Source of the DNA: Octopus bimaculoides
Lineage: Eukaryota
Length of the DNA: 58,618 nucleotides
Direction: 5' to 3'
Assembly: GCF_001194135.2 (NCBI RefSeq)
Contig: NC_068993.1
Span: 23,052,667 to 23,111,284 of the forward strand
Of the stretch, positions 25,600-37,720 are shown piece after piece. Every line of letters starts with the position of its first letter. Within the stretch, counting starts at the first letter, position 1. The translations under genes and the position numbers were made by a program. The notes below the pieces were generated by a model, which worked only from the letters and a program-made list of their open reading frames with translations, was not told where the DNA came from and ran no database searches.

Positions 25600-27200
25600 C
25601 ACCAGTGAAACGACACCCCATGTCAAAGTGAAAACTTTCGGCGAAATAACATCGAAAATAAACTTTAAAAAACACAATCATGGCTAAACCAAGTTTTAAT
25701 GAAAACAAACATGAGCAGCAATTTCACCAGCAAAACGAAAGACCATATGCAACAGCCACATTTGTTATAAAGGAAAATGGTTAATTCCTCAAAATCGTTA
25801 TTACATGACGTCAACTCCTTATTGAATACGACTATTTTAAAACACATACGGTATTGTTTCAAGAACAACATCATCGTAGCTGTGTGTCCCATCGAAGAAT
25901 CGTGACTGCTCACAGCTCTATTGTACAATCATTATGTTCACATGAGAGAAAAACTATGAAAATGAAGGTATGCAACCGTTACAGATGCACACCATTCCTG
26001 AATCAATCTAATGCTGCTGACAAATTTTGAAAGGTTTGTTGAGAATAAATGGTTCTAAATAGTTCCTGTGCACGAAATCGATTAAAGGCAAGGAAGTGTG
26101 CTGCGTCCATATTTGTTGATGCTTTAATTTTTGTCATGATCATCCAACACCGCGTGGGACGATAAGAAACTGAAAAATCATGAAAAATTATGAGAAGAAC
26201 AGGAAGTACATTACTTTCAAATTATTCCCACTGCCTACTTGTTTACCAACTTAAACATTTCTATATCTCAGTAAAACAGGAAAAGATAAACGTAAGAAGA
26301 GAGCATGTAAAGCAAATGCTCAAAAACAGAATGTTAGAAATTCAATAACGAAAACACATAACTGCTAAAAGTAGGAGACGTAAAGAAATAGGAACCCGGC
26401 AAAAGTAAAAAAGAACTACCCCAAATCAAAGGGCGTTTGAAATAGGAGATTTTCATGAAATCGGAAAAAATCAAGTAGTATGAAGAATGAATCTTTGAAG
26501 AAAACAAATATTTCGTCACCAACCCCAAATGATTTTATCGACTAGGTAAACGTAAAATAGAAATCAATGCAACTTTAATATCAAGTGAAGTATAAATTCT
26601 GTGGTTGATTCAATCAATTACTTCGCTTCCGAAATCCTTTGTAAATTAAGAAGACTTACACTATGTTAGATAAGAACAAAAGAGAAATCAGATGAGGTAG
26701 ATCAAAGACGGGCAAATGAATAGAAATCAAGCAAATTGACACAAGTACAGCATGCATGAAAGAGAATGTTAGGAAAGAATATAAATGCATTAAATTGGAA
26801 CTTAAAACAGAGCTAACTGAAAAGAATAAGATAATCAATAAGCTAGCCGTTCAAGTAAAAGCAAAAAAAAATAGTTATAATATTCTGAACTTGACGCTAA
26901 ACTAATGTGTAAGACGAAAGAGAAAATAAAAAAAAGGAAAACTGTATTTAAAATGTGGCTCACTATATAAATCTTGGAAAGTGTTTATTTATCACGAATC
27001 CAGGACAGAAATACAATGCAACTAATAAAAATAATAAATTATAAAAATAACAATCATCTGCAGAGAAATATATACCAAAGTAGAAAAATTACAAATAGCT
27101 ACAAAAATGAAACAAGCACCAAACCAGAAGGATATAAACCGTCAACATTTTGCAATGACATAGAACAATAACTGCAGTACATAGTTCTTTGGGAGAAACA
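25600..27200 (+). mobile_element. Highly decayed LINE RT remnant
   Basis: Strongly A-rich strand with RQGSVLRPYL at about 26087-26115. Other motifs are eroded and the boundaries are approximate. Confidence 0.35.
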
Positions 27201-27249
27201 AGTGTACTGTCTCTAAATGTCTAGTGTGAGATAAACAATGTTAGTTGAA

Positions 27250-28555
27250 AGTTCGCAACATAGATGGTACTATCGTACACTGGATATTGCGCAATTTATG
27301 ACCAACCAGATGTCGTTTTACATTGCGATAATGCAATTCTGAAAGACAAAACAAAAAGTGGCTGCATGATTACAGTCGCCATTATTCGTGTTGTCCTAAT
27401 CGAGTGCTTTCGATTAGCGGTAATATTGGGGACTCGTAGCACTAAGACAACAGCCCTGTTTGTTAAATTCATCCAGTATCTTCTATTGGTTAGATATTTC
27501 TCATTTCAGTCTATTGGATATTTTTCTCATTTAGTGGGTTATTAGTTAACTTCACCACAGGTCTAATTGTCTAACTCTGTGGAAATGTATACTTTTGTGG
27601 TGTTGGTGGTTTTCTTCTGTAGCTATTTCCGATGTTTCCGAGAATTCTGTTGCTGTTTACACTGCTATCTATGATGTGATTGTTCTTAATGGCGGAGCTT
27701 TCTTCGTTGGTTTTTCTCATTTTCCCCTCTAATCATACTGTTGCTGTTGTTGTTGTAAATGGTGTTGCTTTTCTTGCATCTGGTGCTTCTATCATTGTTG
27801 CTACGTTCAGACGCCGTAGCTGTTGCTCCATAGTCGTCGACGCTTTCGATATCGTAGTGTTCTGCATATTTGAGTCTCGCTTTCATAATTCAGTTTCCGT
27901 TTTGTTTTACTTCAGCAATAGGCAGTCCATGCCTCCTCAACAGCTCTTCAAGTAATATTCAGTTGTTCAGACAATATATGAACCGATTTATATTTTTTCA
28001 GGGTCATGCATCTGTAAATCAGTTATATTTTTTTCTGTTTGGTTCAAAAGCTGCGGTGTATATAACATTCATCCTTCTCGTAGTCTTTTTATGAGTTTTT
28101 CTGCTTCCTCCAAGTCCGGCTGGTTTTTTTTTAATGTTTTTTTTTTTAAATTTCTGTTCAATTGAAATAAATTAAAAGTTTCTGCACGACCAGCAAATGA
28201 CGTGTTACTGTCACAGATTATTACTAGTGAGTCTGTAATAGTTACCAATAATGCAGCTTTTGTCAGGAGTGGTGTGTGGTTTGTGGTTTGTGGTGGACGT
28301 CAAATGCACCAGCCAACTGGTGACTTTTTTGGCGTCAGTTGAGATTTTCTAGCTAGCTGTTCTCATTATTTCAACAGAGGTCTGCTGGTGCTGCTGTCTG
28401 GGCGTTGTTGTCGTTGTGGTTGTAATTGCTGTTCATACTGCTACGCCTGATGTTGTTGCTGTTACTGAATTTGCCGCAAATGCTGCTGCTACAGCCGTTA
28501 CTGATTACTACATCTATGATATCATGTAGTGGTAGTTGTAGGCTGCAAACCTCAG
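27250..28555 (-). mobile_element. Decayed LINE ORF1-like region
   Basis: Broken coding-like frames LEEAEKLIKRLRE and LEELLRRHGLPIAEVKQ..MKARLKYAEHYD with Q/T/N-rich low-complexity stretches. Confidence 0.35.
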
Positions 28556-28556
28556 A

Positions 28557-28668
28557 TTCATCTTCAAAATAAGTGCTGTCCTAATTTTGAATAAAGAAAA
28601 CAAGTGATCAAATGTTATATTTAATTGAAGTTTAGTCATCAATGTACTTTCCCTGATTATTTATGACG
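28557..28668 (-). mobile_element. 3' fragment of the same mariner family as 48920-50164
   Basis: AATTTTGAATAAAGAAA.CAAGTGA.CAAATGTTATATTTAAT..GTACTTTCCCTGATT matches about 48938-49030. Confidence 0.8.
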
Positions 28669-29274
28669 GAGCAAAGGAATGGAAACTTGGCAATACAACT
28701 GTGGGACAATTTTGTTAAAGCAAAGTGACTAAAAATCGGAAAATATCTGTTCTATACAAAGTAGGTTCTTTTTTTAAATGCGTGATATCTCAAAGTAGCA
28801 TACACAAGGTGTCGAAACGCGCATCAGGAATCCTGGAAAAACACACCAGACACACTGATTACACAGTAAGTACATAAATTGAATAATTACCAATGAATGC
28901 AACTGTTCATACATCCATGTGCACATGCTAATATGTACAAGCAACATAAATAATGCCTACACGACCCACACGTACACACAGAAAATAAAGAAAAAAACAC
29001 TTTCACGAGTGACGCCGAACCAGACAAAAAGAAAGTAACTTACAAAACGAATATAAAAATGAGCAACTTATTTCCTCAATTTAAAACATAACTAAACAGT
29101 AATACACGGAAACATAGCTAGCAAAAAAAAAAAAGAGGCAATTTTCGATCTATCAACCTACAATATTTACAAATCTCATGCTGGATCGGTTATTGCCCAG
29201 AACAAGAACCAGTAGAGATCCAAACTTGGGTCGAAAAGTCTGCTACTGGAACCAACTCACAAAAAAAAAAAAAA

Positions 29275-30695
29275 TTGAACTAAGTGTGCTAAAATAACTT
29301 TTCTAAGAGGAAACCTGAAGTAAATAGTACCGACACTGCTATCATGGAGCTTGATCAACGAGGTAGCTATAAATACCAGGGGATAAACGAAGGAGATAGT
29401 ATACAGCATGCTACTATGAAGGAAAAAATACCAAAGGCGTATTAAAGAAAAATACAACTCAGGCTAAAAGCTGAACTCAACTCCAAAAATCATATCGAAG
29501 TCATTTACACGCTGGCACTACCAGTAGTCCAATAAAGTTTTAACATCATTATCTGGAATCTTACAGAGCTCCAGCTCCTTCGCAGGAAGACAAAAAAACT
29601 ACTAACATCTAATAACAGACATCACCTAAAAGCAGACATTGATCGTCTGTACCTACCTAGAAGTAATGGAGAAAGAGGAATGATGCAGGTAGAACTGTGC
29701 TATAAGACCTCTACAATAGCAATGAACAATTACTTGTCTAGTACAGAGGACTGGATGCTGCGTATTGTGTGCAAAAACAGCCAGAAACACATAGAGGAGC
29801 GGTGGAATCAGAAGTCTCTGCATGGACGGTATATACTTCGAAGCCGAAATGCTGATGTAGATCAACCAAGAAACCAATAGCAGCTGAGAAGCTCAGGACT
29901 GATAGCAATCTGAAAGATTCATATTGGCGGCACAAGATGAAACTTGTTTACCAAAAAATACCAGGCTAACGTTCTACAAAATGGCTCTAACACGAAATGC
30001 AGATTCTGCGATAAATTTGTGAACCAATAAACCATCTCGTCGCGATGTTCTGTGTTGACGCCAAAGGAATACAAAAATCGCCACGATAGTGTAGGACAGT
30101 ATTTATGTTGGAAAATATGTAAACACTACAAAATCAGCACACCTGATTACCGGTATGAAAATCATCCTAAGCCAGTCGTTGAAGGTAAAATTGTCACTGT
30201 TTTCTGAGATTTTCCAGTCAACACCGACAGAAAGATCCAGGCTAATCGACCAGACAATGAATGTCATTAAAGACTGCGAAGCAAATACTTCTAGACTGAT
30301 AGATGTATATGTTCCCACCGATAAATATATATGTGTAAAGAAACTTGACAAATTAAGTAAATATATGGGCCTGAAATTGAAATACAAATGATGTGGCATC
30401 TTAAAGCGAGAACTGTTCCTGTTATTGTGGTTACCACAAATATGATAAAAAGGAGGTCAGAAACATCTAGATAATGTCCCAGGAGCACCATGAGTCAGAG
30501 AAATACAACAGAATGTGCTGACAAGTACTGCCCACATCCTAAAAAAGACCATATGAATTTAAATGTATGTATTTTATTACATGAAGATAGTGCACAAGCT
30601 TTCAGTCATACTGTAACGTATTTTATCCTTCACTCACCCTAGAACGCTGGGTGTGTCTCGGCGAGTGATTGTAACAAACATGCAGATTAAGAGTA
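29275..30695 (+). mobile_element. 5'-truncated R4/Dong-clade LINE with restriction-like endonuclease, copy A
   Basis: HHLKADIDRLYLPRSNGERG, LHGRY, KCRFCDKF, RHDSVGQYL.WKICKHY, DFPVNTDRKIQANRPD, IDVYVPTD and RTVPVIVV motifs; ends at (AAT)n. Confidence 0.85.

Positions 30696-30760
<65 letters not shown>
30696..30760. repeat. (AAT)n microsatellite
   Basis: Read directly; lies between two R4-type elements. Confidence 0.95.
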
Positions 30761-30763
<3 letters not shown>

Positions 30764-30774
30764 TAGAGAAAACA

Positions 30775-31695
30775 ACATAGCATGGTATGTAAAAAAGCCA
30801 CAGAACCGCTATTATTGGAAGCAAAAAGGTCAGGCTTGTGTAGGATGGAAGATTACAAAGATAGAGCACTGTACAAAAACTTCAGAATGAAACTGAAAAT
30901 GGGTAGTTAAAGAAAGGAATGCATGGATAATTTCATAGGGGTGTTGAAGATAAGACAGAGTAAAAAGGGGGTTATAGCTGACTAAAAATGATTTAAAACC
31001 GGAAACGGAGACTGTAATCTGTGCTGCCCAAGGGCAAGTATTAAGAACCAATTACAGCAAATACAGAATAGACAACCCATCAGAAAGTAACAAGTGCAGA
31101 ATTTGTGGAGGAAATGGTGAAACCGTATGGCAACCAGTCAATGTACACCCCTAACACAGAAAGAATATGATAACATAGCAAGGATTGTCCATTGAACACT
31201 TTGCAACAAGTATGTAATAGACAGAGCAAAAAGTGGTACGAACATAAACCCGAAGGCATAATCGAAAATGATAATCCTATGGGATTTTATGATTCAGTCG
31301 GCTATGAGATAGAGAATAGGAAACCAGACATAGTGTTAATTGAGAAAGAAAGCAAACGATACTGAATCATAGATATAGCATGCCCAGATGACAACAAATT
31401 ATGCGATAAGGAAGAAAGAAAAGTCGATAGATATAACAGGCTAGCTTGGGAGGTTAAGCAGTTATGATCGCTGAAAAAGGTAGTAGTAGTGCCAATAACT
31501 GTCGGAGCCCTGGGAACAGTGACTAAAGAAATTGAGAAGTGCATGGAATAAATAGGGGCTGCAATAAGAGTGGAATACTTGCAGAAAACAAGATGGTGTT
31601 CGAAAAATAAAGGTTGTTACCTTAGTTCACTGGTAGTGAACAGCTGACACCGTAGTGTATCTCCACCGTTAGAAGCTGTGCACAGAAAATTATAT
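30775..31695 (+). mobile_element. 5'-truncated R4/Dong-clade LINE, copy B (different subfamily)
   Basis: DLKPETETVICAAQGQVLRTNY..KCRICGGNGETV, KPDIVLIEK..IIDIACPDD..KEERK and VVVPITVGALG; followed by (AAT)n at about 31699-31803. Confidence 0.85.
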
Positions 31696-31730
31696 TATTA
31701 ATAATAATAATAATGATAAAAATGTTGATG

Positions 31731-31804
<74 letters not shown>

Positions 31805-32074
31805 CATGTAGCCCCCACAATCTGGTAGAAACGAACAGTCTATTATACTGAGTTAATACTTTCTTTGATTCTCATTGTGACTACAGATAGCTTGGAGTTT
31901 GTTTGCTTACGCAGGGAAATGTTTTCTAGCAAGGAGTCATAACCAACTGTTCTGCCTTTGGAGCTTAGTTTTGTCCAAATTGTGATACCATATTTTAGAG
32001 GCAATATATTTTTTTAACCTAGCAATGTGTGTAGATGTGACGGTCGTAGTTTTTGCGGGAGAAGCAGCAGATGC

Positions 32075-32075
32075 G

Positions 32076-32128
<53 letters not shown>
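32075..32128. repeat. (AGT)n microsatellite; second tract at 32915-32962
   Basis: Read directly from the sequence. Confidence 0.95.
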
Positions 32129-32129
<1 letters not shown>

Positions 32130-32913
32130 ATGGTGGTGATTATGCTTTTTGTTATGGTCGCTGTTCGGCTTTCCTGTACATTATTGATTCAACGGAAGCC
32201 ATTTTCCCCACTGATTTAGTATTTACTCAGCCATTCGTTTTTGTTAGTGCTTGCTTTGATTGCTCATCATTTTTTAAACCTGCAATGATATTTTGTTTTC
32301 AGGAATAATTGTCTCTATTTGGGTCGTATTTGACCATCTTGCCGCTACTCTTTGTGTTGAGGACCTCTTCCACTAGAATCAATACGACTCTGTAAGCGAA
32401 ATAAAACCGAAAAATAATATCCTGACCAAATATAGTCGAAAATAAATGAAAATAAGCAGAAAATAGAATCCCACAATACCAGTAATATTCATGTCAGTTT
32501 TAGAGTGCAGCAGTATCAGTTTTTAGAGTGCTGATCAGTTTCAGGTATAACCAATGAGCAAGTCTCGGTTCTTAGTGGACCTAATTAAAAATACCTCCGT
32601 ATATTGTAATCGAATGATAGTTCTGATTCACCAATGTACGTACATATAAGACTCTGATGGCATTTAGAGATAAGATGAAATCAAATCAATCCATTGGGAG
32701 AAGAAACCAGCGTTCCGTTAGATAACATGTTGGATATGTGAATATTCCATGCAGAAACAGCATACTTACAGATAGGAAAATAGTCATTCAGAGGAGTTAA
32801 AATATCTTTGCTCACAAAATGATAATAAATTTATCCATTCTCAAATATAATGTGAGAAAATATTTTTGTGGAATTATCAGGAGAGATGTTTATAAATGCC
32901 AATATGATAATAA

Positions 32914-32964
<51 letters not shown>

Positions 32965-35000
32965 AGATAATAGTGGTAATGACGATGACGTCGAAGATAA
33001 TAAAACGAGTAGAACAGCCACAGCCACAACAAAATCTTAATAGTCTCCAGCAGAAATATAATAACAGGGAAAAACTGTTAAAAAAAATTCCAGTCAAAGC
33101 CCCCTATAGAATTATATGGCCACTTCCTTAGAAATATTATCCACGAGACTGCCAGTTGCTGGGAATTCAGAGAATACACGTGGCAGTAGTAGTAGTTTTA
33201 CTTCATCCCCTAATTTCTTCAATCCACTATTCAAATTTGTTCATTGAATAGAGGATTTTTTTATCACTAAATATTTCTCCACGCGGAAGTGAATAATTTA
33301 GCGTGTATGCAGATTATCATTTAAAACAGTAGTCATTCAAAATTAGGTGAAGTAAGTTTCCACAAAATGGGTTTCGGAATATTTAAGCAGGAATGTTTTG
33401 CGAACTAGTAAATACCCATGATGAACTTGAAAATACCATTCTAAGTCCTTTCAAATCTGCAATTGAAGGCAGCTGGGGAATTATGAATGTACAGCTGAAG
33501 AAATGAGAAGAAAATCTTTAGTATGAATGACTATGTAATTATCGTATGTAACATAATAACTAACAACTGGAAGTTGTGAAAATTCATCTATTACAATAAG
33601 CAATTCTACGGATATTTTTGTTTTAGATCATGCTCTTTTAAAAAAAAAATCTGCGATGTTGAGGTGAATTTGTTTCACCAATGAAATACAATCGAATGGC
33701 AGAATGAGAAACAACGTAGTAGTTATAATTTCTAAATATAATCTATATATAATAAAACTGTCTGTATGTGTGCATCGCTAAAACTTGAGAACTACCCAAG
33801 CGATTTCATTCAAATTTTAAACACGCCTTACTTATGGTCCATGCGGTGTCATGGACTAAAAATTCAGCTCCTTGCCTAATGCGAGGCCGGAGCAATCTTT
33901 TATCTCTGAATCTATTTCGTATAAGTGTCAAATGTGAGACAATTACATATCTATTGTAATGTGAGACAATATTTTCAGTGTTCATAGTTTCACTATGCAC
34001 ATAATATATACATAGTGAGACTATTAATACTGAAACAATTATCTCACATATATACATGCATATATATATATATATATATANNNNNNNNNNNNNNNNNNNN
34101 NNNNNNNNNNNNNNNNNNNNNNNNNNNNNNNNNNNNNNNNNNNNNNNNNNNNNNNNNNNNNNNNNNNNNNNNNNNNNNNNNNNNNNNNNNNNNNNNNNNN
34201 NNNNNNNNNNNNNNNNNNNNNNNNNNNNNNNNNNNNNNNNNNNNNNNNNNNNNNNNNNNNNNNNNNNNNNNNNNNNNNNNNNNNNNNNNNNNNNNNNNNN
34301 NNNNNNNNNNNNNNNNNNNNNNNNNNNNNNNNNNNNNNNNNNNNNNNNNNNNNNNNNNNNNNNNNNNNNNNNNNNNNNNNNNNNNNNNNNNNNNNNNNNN
34401 NNNNNNNNNNNNNNNNNNNNNNNNNNNNNNNNNNNNNNNNNNNNNNNNNNNNNNNNNNNNNNNNNNNNNNNNNNNNNNNNNNNNNNNNNNNNNNNNNNNN
34501 NNNNNNNNNNNNNNNNNNNNNNNNNNNNNNNNNNNNNNNNNNNNNNNNNNNNNNNNNNNNNNNNNNNNNNNNNNNNNNNNNNNNNNNNNNNNNNNNNNNN
34601 NNNNNNNNNNNNNNNNNNNNNNNNNNNNNNNNNNNNNNNNNNNNNNNNNNNNNNNNNNNNNNNNNNNNNNNNNNNNNNNNNNNNNNNNNNNNNNNNNNNN
34701 NNNNNNNNNNNNNNNNNNNNNNNNNNNNNNNNNNNNNNNNNNNNNNNNNNNNNNNNNNNNNNNNNNNNNNNNNNNNNNNNNNNNNNNNNNNNNNNNNNNN
34801 NNNNNNNNNNNNNNNNNNNNNNNNNNNNNNNNNNNNNNNNNNNNNNNNNNNNNNNNNNNNNNNNNNNNNNNNNNNNNNNNNNNNNNNNNNNNNNNNNNNN
34901 NNNNNNNNNNNNNNNNNNNNNNCTTATCGTTGATTTTTGGTGTCGCATGGCCAAAAATTACCGTGAATTTTTTTAGAGACACTTTCAAATTTATCAGAAT

Positions 35001-35065
35001 ATCGGACTGAAGATTTGGAATAGAGAAATTTTCATTCTCTTAACCATGAAACGATCGTATCCGAT
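35001..35065 (+). ncRNA. Type I minimal hammerhead ribozyme motif
   Basis: ATCGGA-CTGAAGA-(stem II TGG/CCA and AGAGAA/TTCTCT)-GAAAC-GATC-GTA-TCCGAT. Stem I is a perfect 6 bp and stem III is the palindrome ACGATCGT. The base of stem II is U-U. Confidence 0.7.
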
Positions 35066-35263
35066 TAACTAAAGACTTGTTTTGTTTATGCTTTTCCCTC
35101 CGGTTATTTGTTCTATGTGTGCCATAAATATCGCCATCCGTTTAGAGAAAAATTTGTAGTTTAGAATCAGTAGTTCTTTGAAAGCTATTTCTAAATTTTC
35201 AGTATGTTGGAGAAGCAACGCAATGCTAATCCCTGTATATTTATGATATATATACATATATAG

Positions 35264-35390
35264 GTTATGAGAGGTAATGGTGTCAAGAATACACAAAGGG
35301 GTTAGGTAATGCTGATTAAGTGCTATGGAAAGACTATAGTGAAGCTCCAAGTTCATTGATTAAGCGAATTAGAAGCCTAACGTAGGTCGT
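35264..35390 (+). repeat. Second copy of the 5695-5822 repeat
   Basis: Colinear similarity by eye over about 125 bp. Confidence 0.7.
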
Positions 35391-35429
35391 ATATTAGCAT
35401 GCATACACACACACACACACACACGCAAG

Positions 35430-35479
<50 letters not shown>

Positions 35480-35761
35480 AACTAACAGAATAAGACCCAA
35501 AATCCAAGGGTGTGACAGATTTCAGAACATATATAAAGAGGTGTTACAGCTATTTCGGGAGAAATAGATAAATATTATGAGATAAATATTAATTCTATAA
35601 TTTATCCTCGATATATTTTTACACATTAACCTAATAAANNNNNNNNNNNNNNNNNNNNNNNNNNNNNNNNNNNNNNNNNNNNNNNNNNNNNNNNNNNNNN
35701 NNNNNNNNNNNNNNNNNNNNNNNNNNNNNNNNNNNNNNNNNNNNNNNNNNNNNNNNNNNNN

Positions 35762-35762
35762 N

Positions 35763-35820
<58 letters not shown>

Positions 35821-36053
35821 CGTGTGTGTGTGTGTGTGTGTGTATATATGTGTCTCTGTGTGTGCGCTTGTACACACATCATCGCTTGACAACCAATGTT
35901 GTTGTGTTTACGTCCCCGTAACAGCTGTTTGGCAAAACACACCGATAGAATATTTACTATGCTTATAAGCAATAACTCCTGGGCTCAATTTCTTCGACTA
36001 AGGGCGATGCTCCAGCATGGCCGTAGTCACACGACCGAAACAATTAAAACAAT
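35762..36053 (+). mobile_element. SINE 3' half preceded by (TA)n(TG)n
   Basis: CATCGCTTGACAACC..GTGTTTACGTCCCCGTAAC..GGCGATGCTCCAGCATGGCCG..GAAACAA. The tail motif recurs inverted at 37166-37196. Confidence 0.65.
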
Positions 36054-37165
36054 GAAGATCTATGCCATCTTAATTCCGAGCAACGCCGGTTATCTCTGCT
36101 AGTTTCGTATATAATATAGATACCCGTCTGTATCAATTACTCATAGAGGTGTAATAAGAGAAATGTGAAATATTAGCCTGTTGCTGCAAGGCACGTATTT
36201 CTTCTGTAAATGCTGACTTTCTTTACATGAAATGTTTTGCAGCTTCAACATCGTTTCGAGGCAAAGGCTTCTGGGAGAGGAGTGATAGATATAATGCCAA
36301 ACACAATACAGAAAGCCTATTTATGACAAACATTACAGATAGTAAGAAAATAATGGAAACAGATTCGAATACAATAGAAAGGTAATAAAATAAATGTTTT
36401 GAGAGCAATAAAAATGGTAACTATGATGGCAATTGAGGAGCTAATAAAACGAACAGAGATGATAATAAAATAACCGATAAAAGTATTTAAATGAAGGATT
36501 GTGCAAACTTTTGATGAGGATTTCGGAAACATAAGTTAATGAAAGATGATCAAGTTTATTTCGGAAAACAACAGACAATGATTAGTTCATAATTCAGTTG
36601 TTTTGGAAAGAAATATATTTGCCTATAGAACTTAGAGTGTGCTTGTGAGTTTTCAAAGGTGCTTAAATCAGAGAAAATTCCCTTACTTTTACAAATAGAT
36701 TCCTGTTTGTAATATAAGGTAGTATCTTGACTTGGCGGACAAGGAAATGAATCTCAGCTAAACGCCATCCATAAAATTCATCCATGATACAGTGGCTGGA
36801 TTACAGAATGAGTTTATCATCAATCTGTTTAAGCGTTCAAATCTGCAGTGCAACGAATCGGTTAGTATTTGTTTGTTGGAAACTGCTTGTTGAATGAACA
36901 GTATTTCTTTGTTAAACGCATTTAGGTACTGTAAAAATACTACAGATCTCTATGCGTTAGAATCTATTCTACACGGTCAAACCGAGCCACTTTACTTGAT
37001 AAGATCCTGGTATCAGACGTAAGCGTGAATCAATTATAAAATCAAACATCAGTTTAAAATATTATTCTTTCCCTGGCAGAGATTTCTTCAAAGCAGAAGG
37101 TTAGACATTTCAGGATAAATTTGTAAATATACCCGGTTTGTTTCATTTTCATTTTATTTTATCTA

Positions 37166-37196
37166 GTTTCAGCTGTGGCCATGCTGGGGCACCGCC
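37166..37196 (-). repeat. Short fragment of the same SINE tail
   Basis: Reverse complement GGCGGTGCCCCAGCATGGCCACAG resembles 36003-36026. Confidence 0.55.
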
Positions 37197-37544
37197 ATTT
37201 GGTGTTGCTACACAATTTTACTTCAAGAATTGACATTTGGTGCATGAGAGAGTTTAATGCAGCTGCTCTCATCTGCACCTCCTGCCGTGAAGTTGGTTCA
37301 TCTGGGAAGCTTTAAATATAAGAAACTATTTGATCCGCCGTTAAATGATCCCAGTCAATTCACTAGGAAATTTGTGCCTAAGTTTGAAATGTTGACCTAC
37401 TTAGAACATATAAATATATCTATAAATATATATAAAGTCCCTTATTATATTTTCAGGTATAACATATCAGAAAAAAAAAAAAAACCAGAAAAATCTTTGA
37501 ACGAATATTCTGAAAACAATTCCATTGATATATTGATATAAAGT

Positions 37545-37720
37545 AACTTACCATTGAAATCAAATTTCAGTATTGTTCCCGTTAGGAATTGCTTGCTGCA
37601 AAAAATGTTCTTTGCCAAATATGCCACAACACCTCACGTTATGCTGTGATTGTCTGACATATATTGTGAAATGCTTTGGAGATGCTTAATGCAATAATTG
37701 GAATGAAATATTAAGTACAC
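37545..37720 (-). mobile_element. Decayed CR1/Jockey-like RT fragment
   Basis: IIALSISKAFHNI (ALDISKAFD-like) and QFLTG..FNG (SFL.GR..VNG-like) in shifted frames. Confidence 0.45.

Larger units (their letters stand above)
33742..36102 (+). mobile_element. Non-autonomous Helitron-like termini
   Basis: A|TCTATATATAATAAAACTGTCTG 5' end at 33742. GC-rich CCGAGCAACGCCGG then CTAG|T 3' end at 36099-36103. The two ends may belong to different copies because two gaps intervene. Confidence 0.6.

Noticed and set aside
36508-36545. TTGATGAGGA..GAAACATAAGTT hammerhead-like string
   Set aside because: C3 is missing and stems I and II do not form.
37552-37719. 168-nt exon-like segment with an in-frame TGA (selenocysteine or editing recoding idea)
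   Set aside because: Another frame has ALSISKAF, a LINE RT motif; a TE remnant explains the stop.
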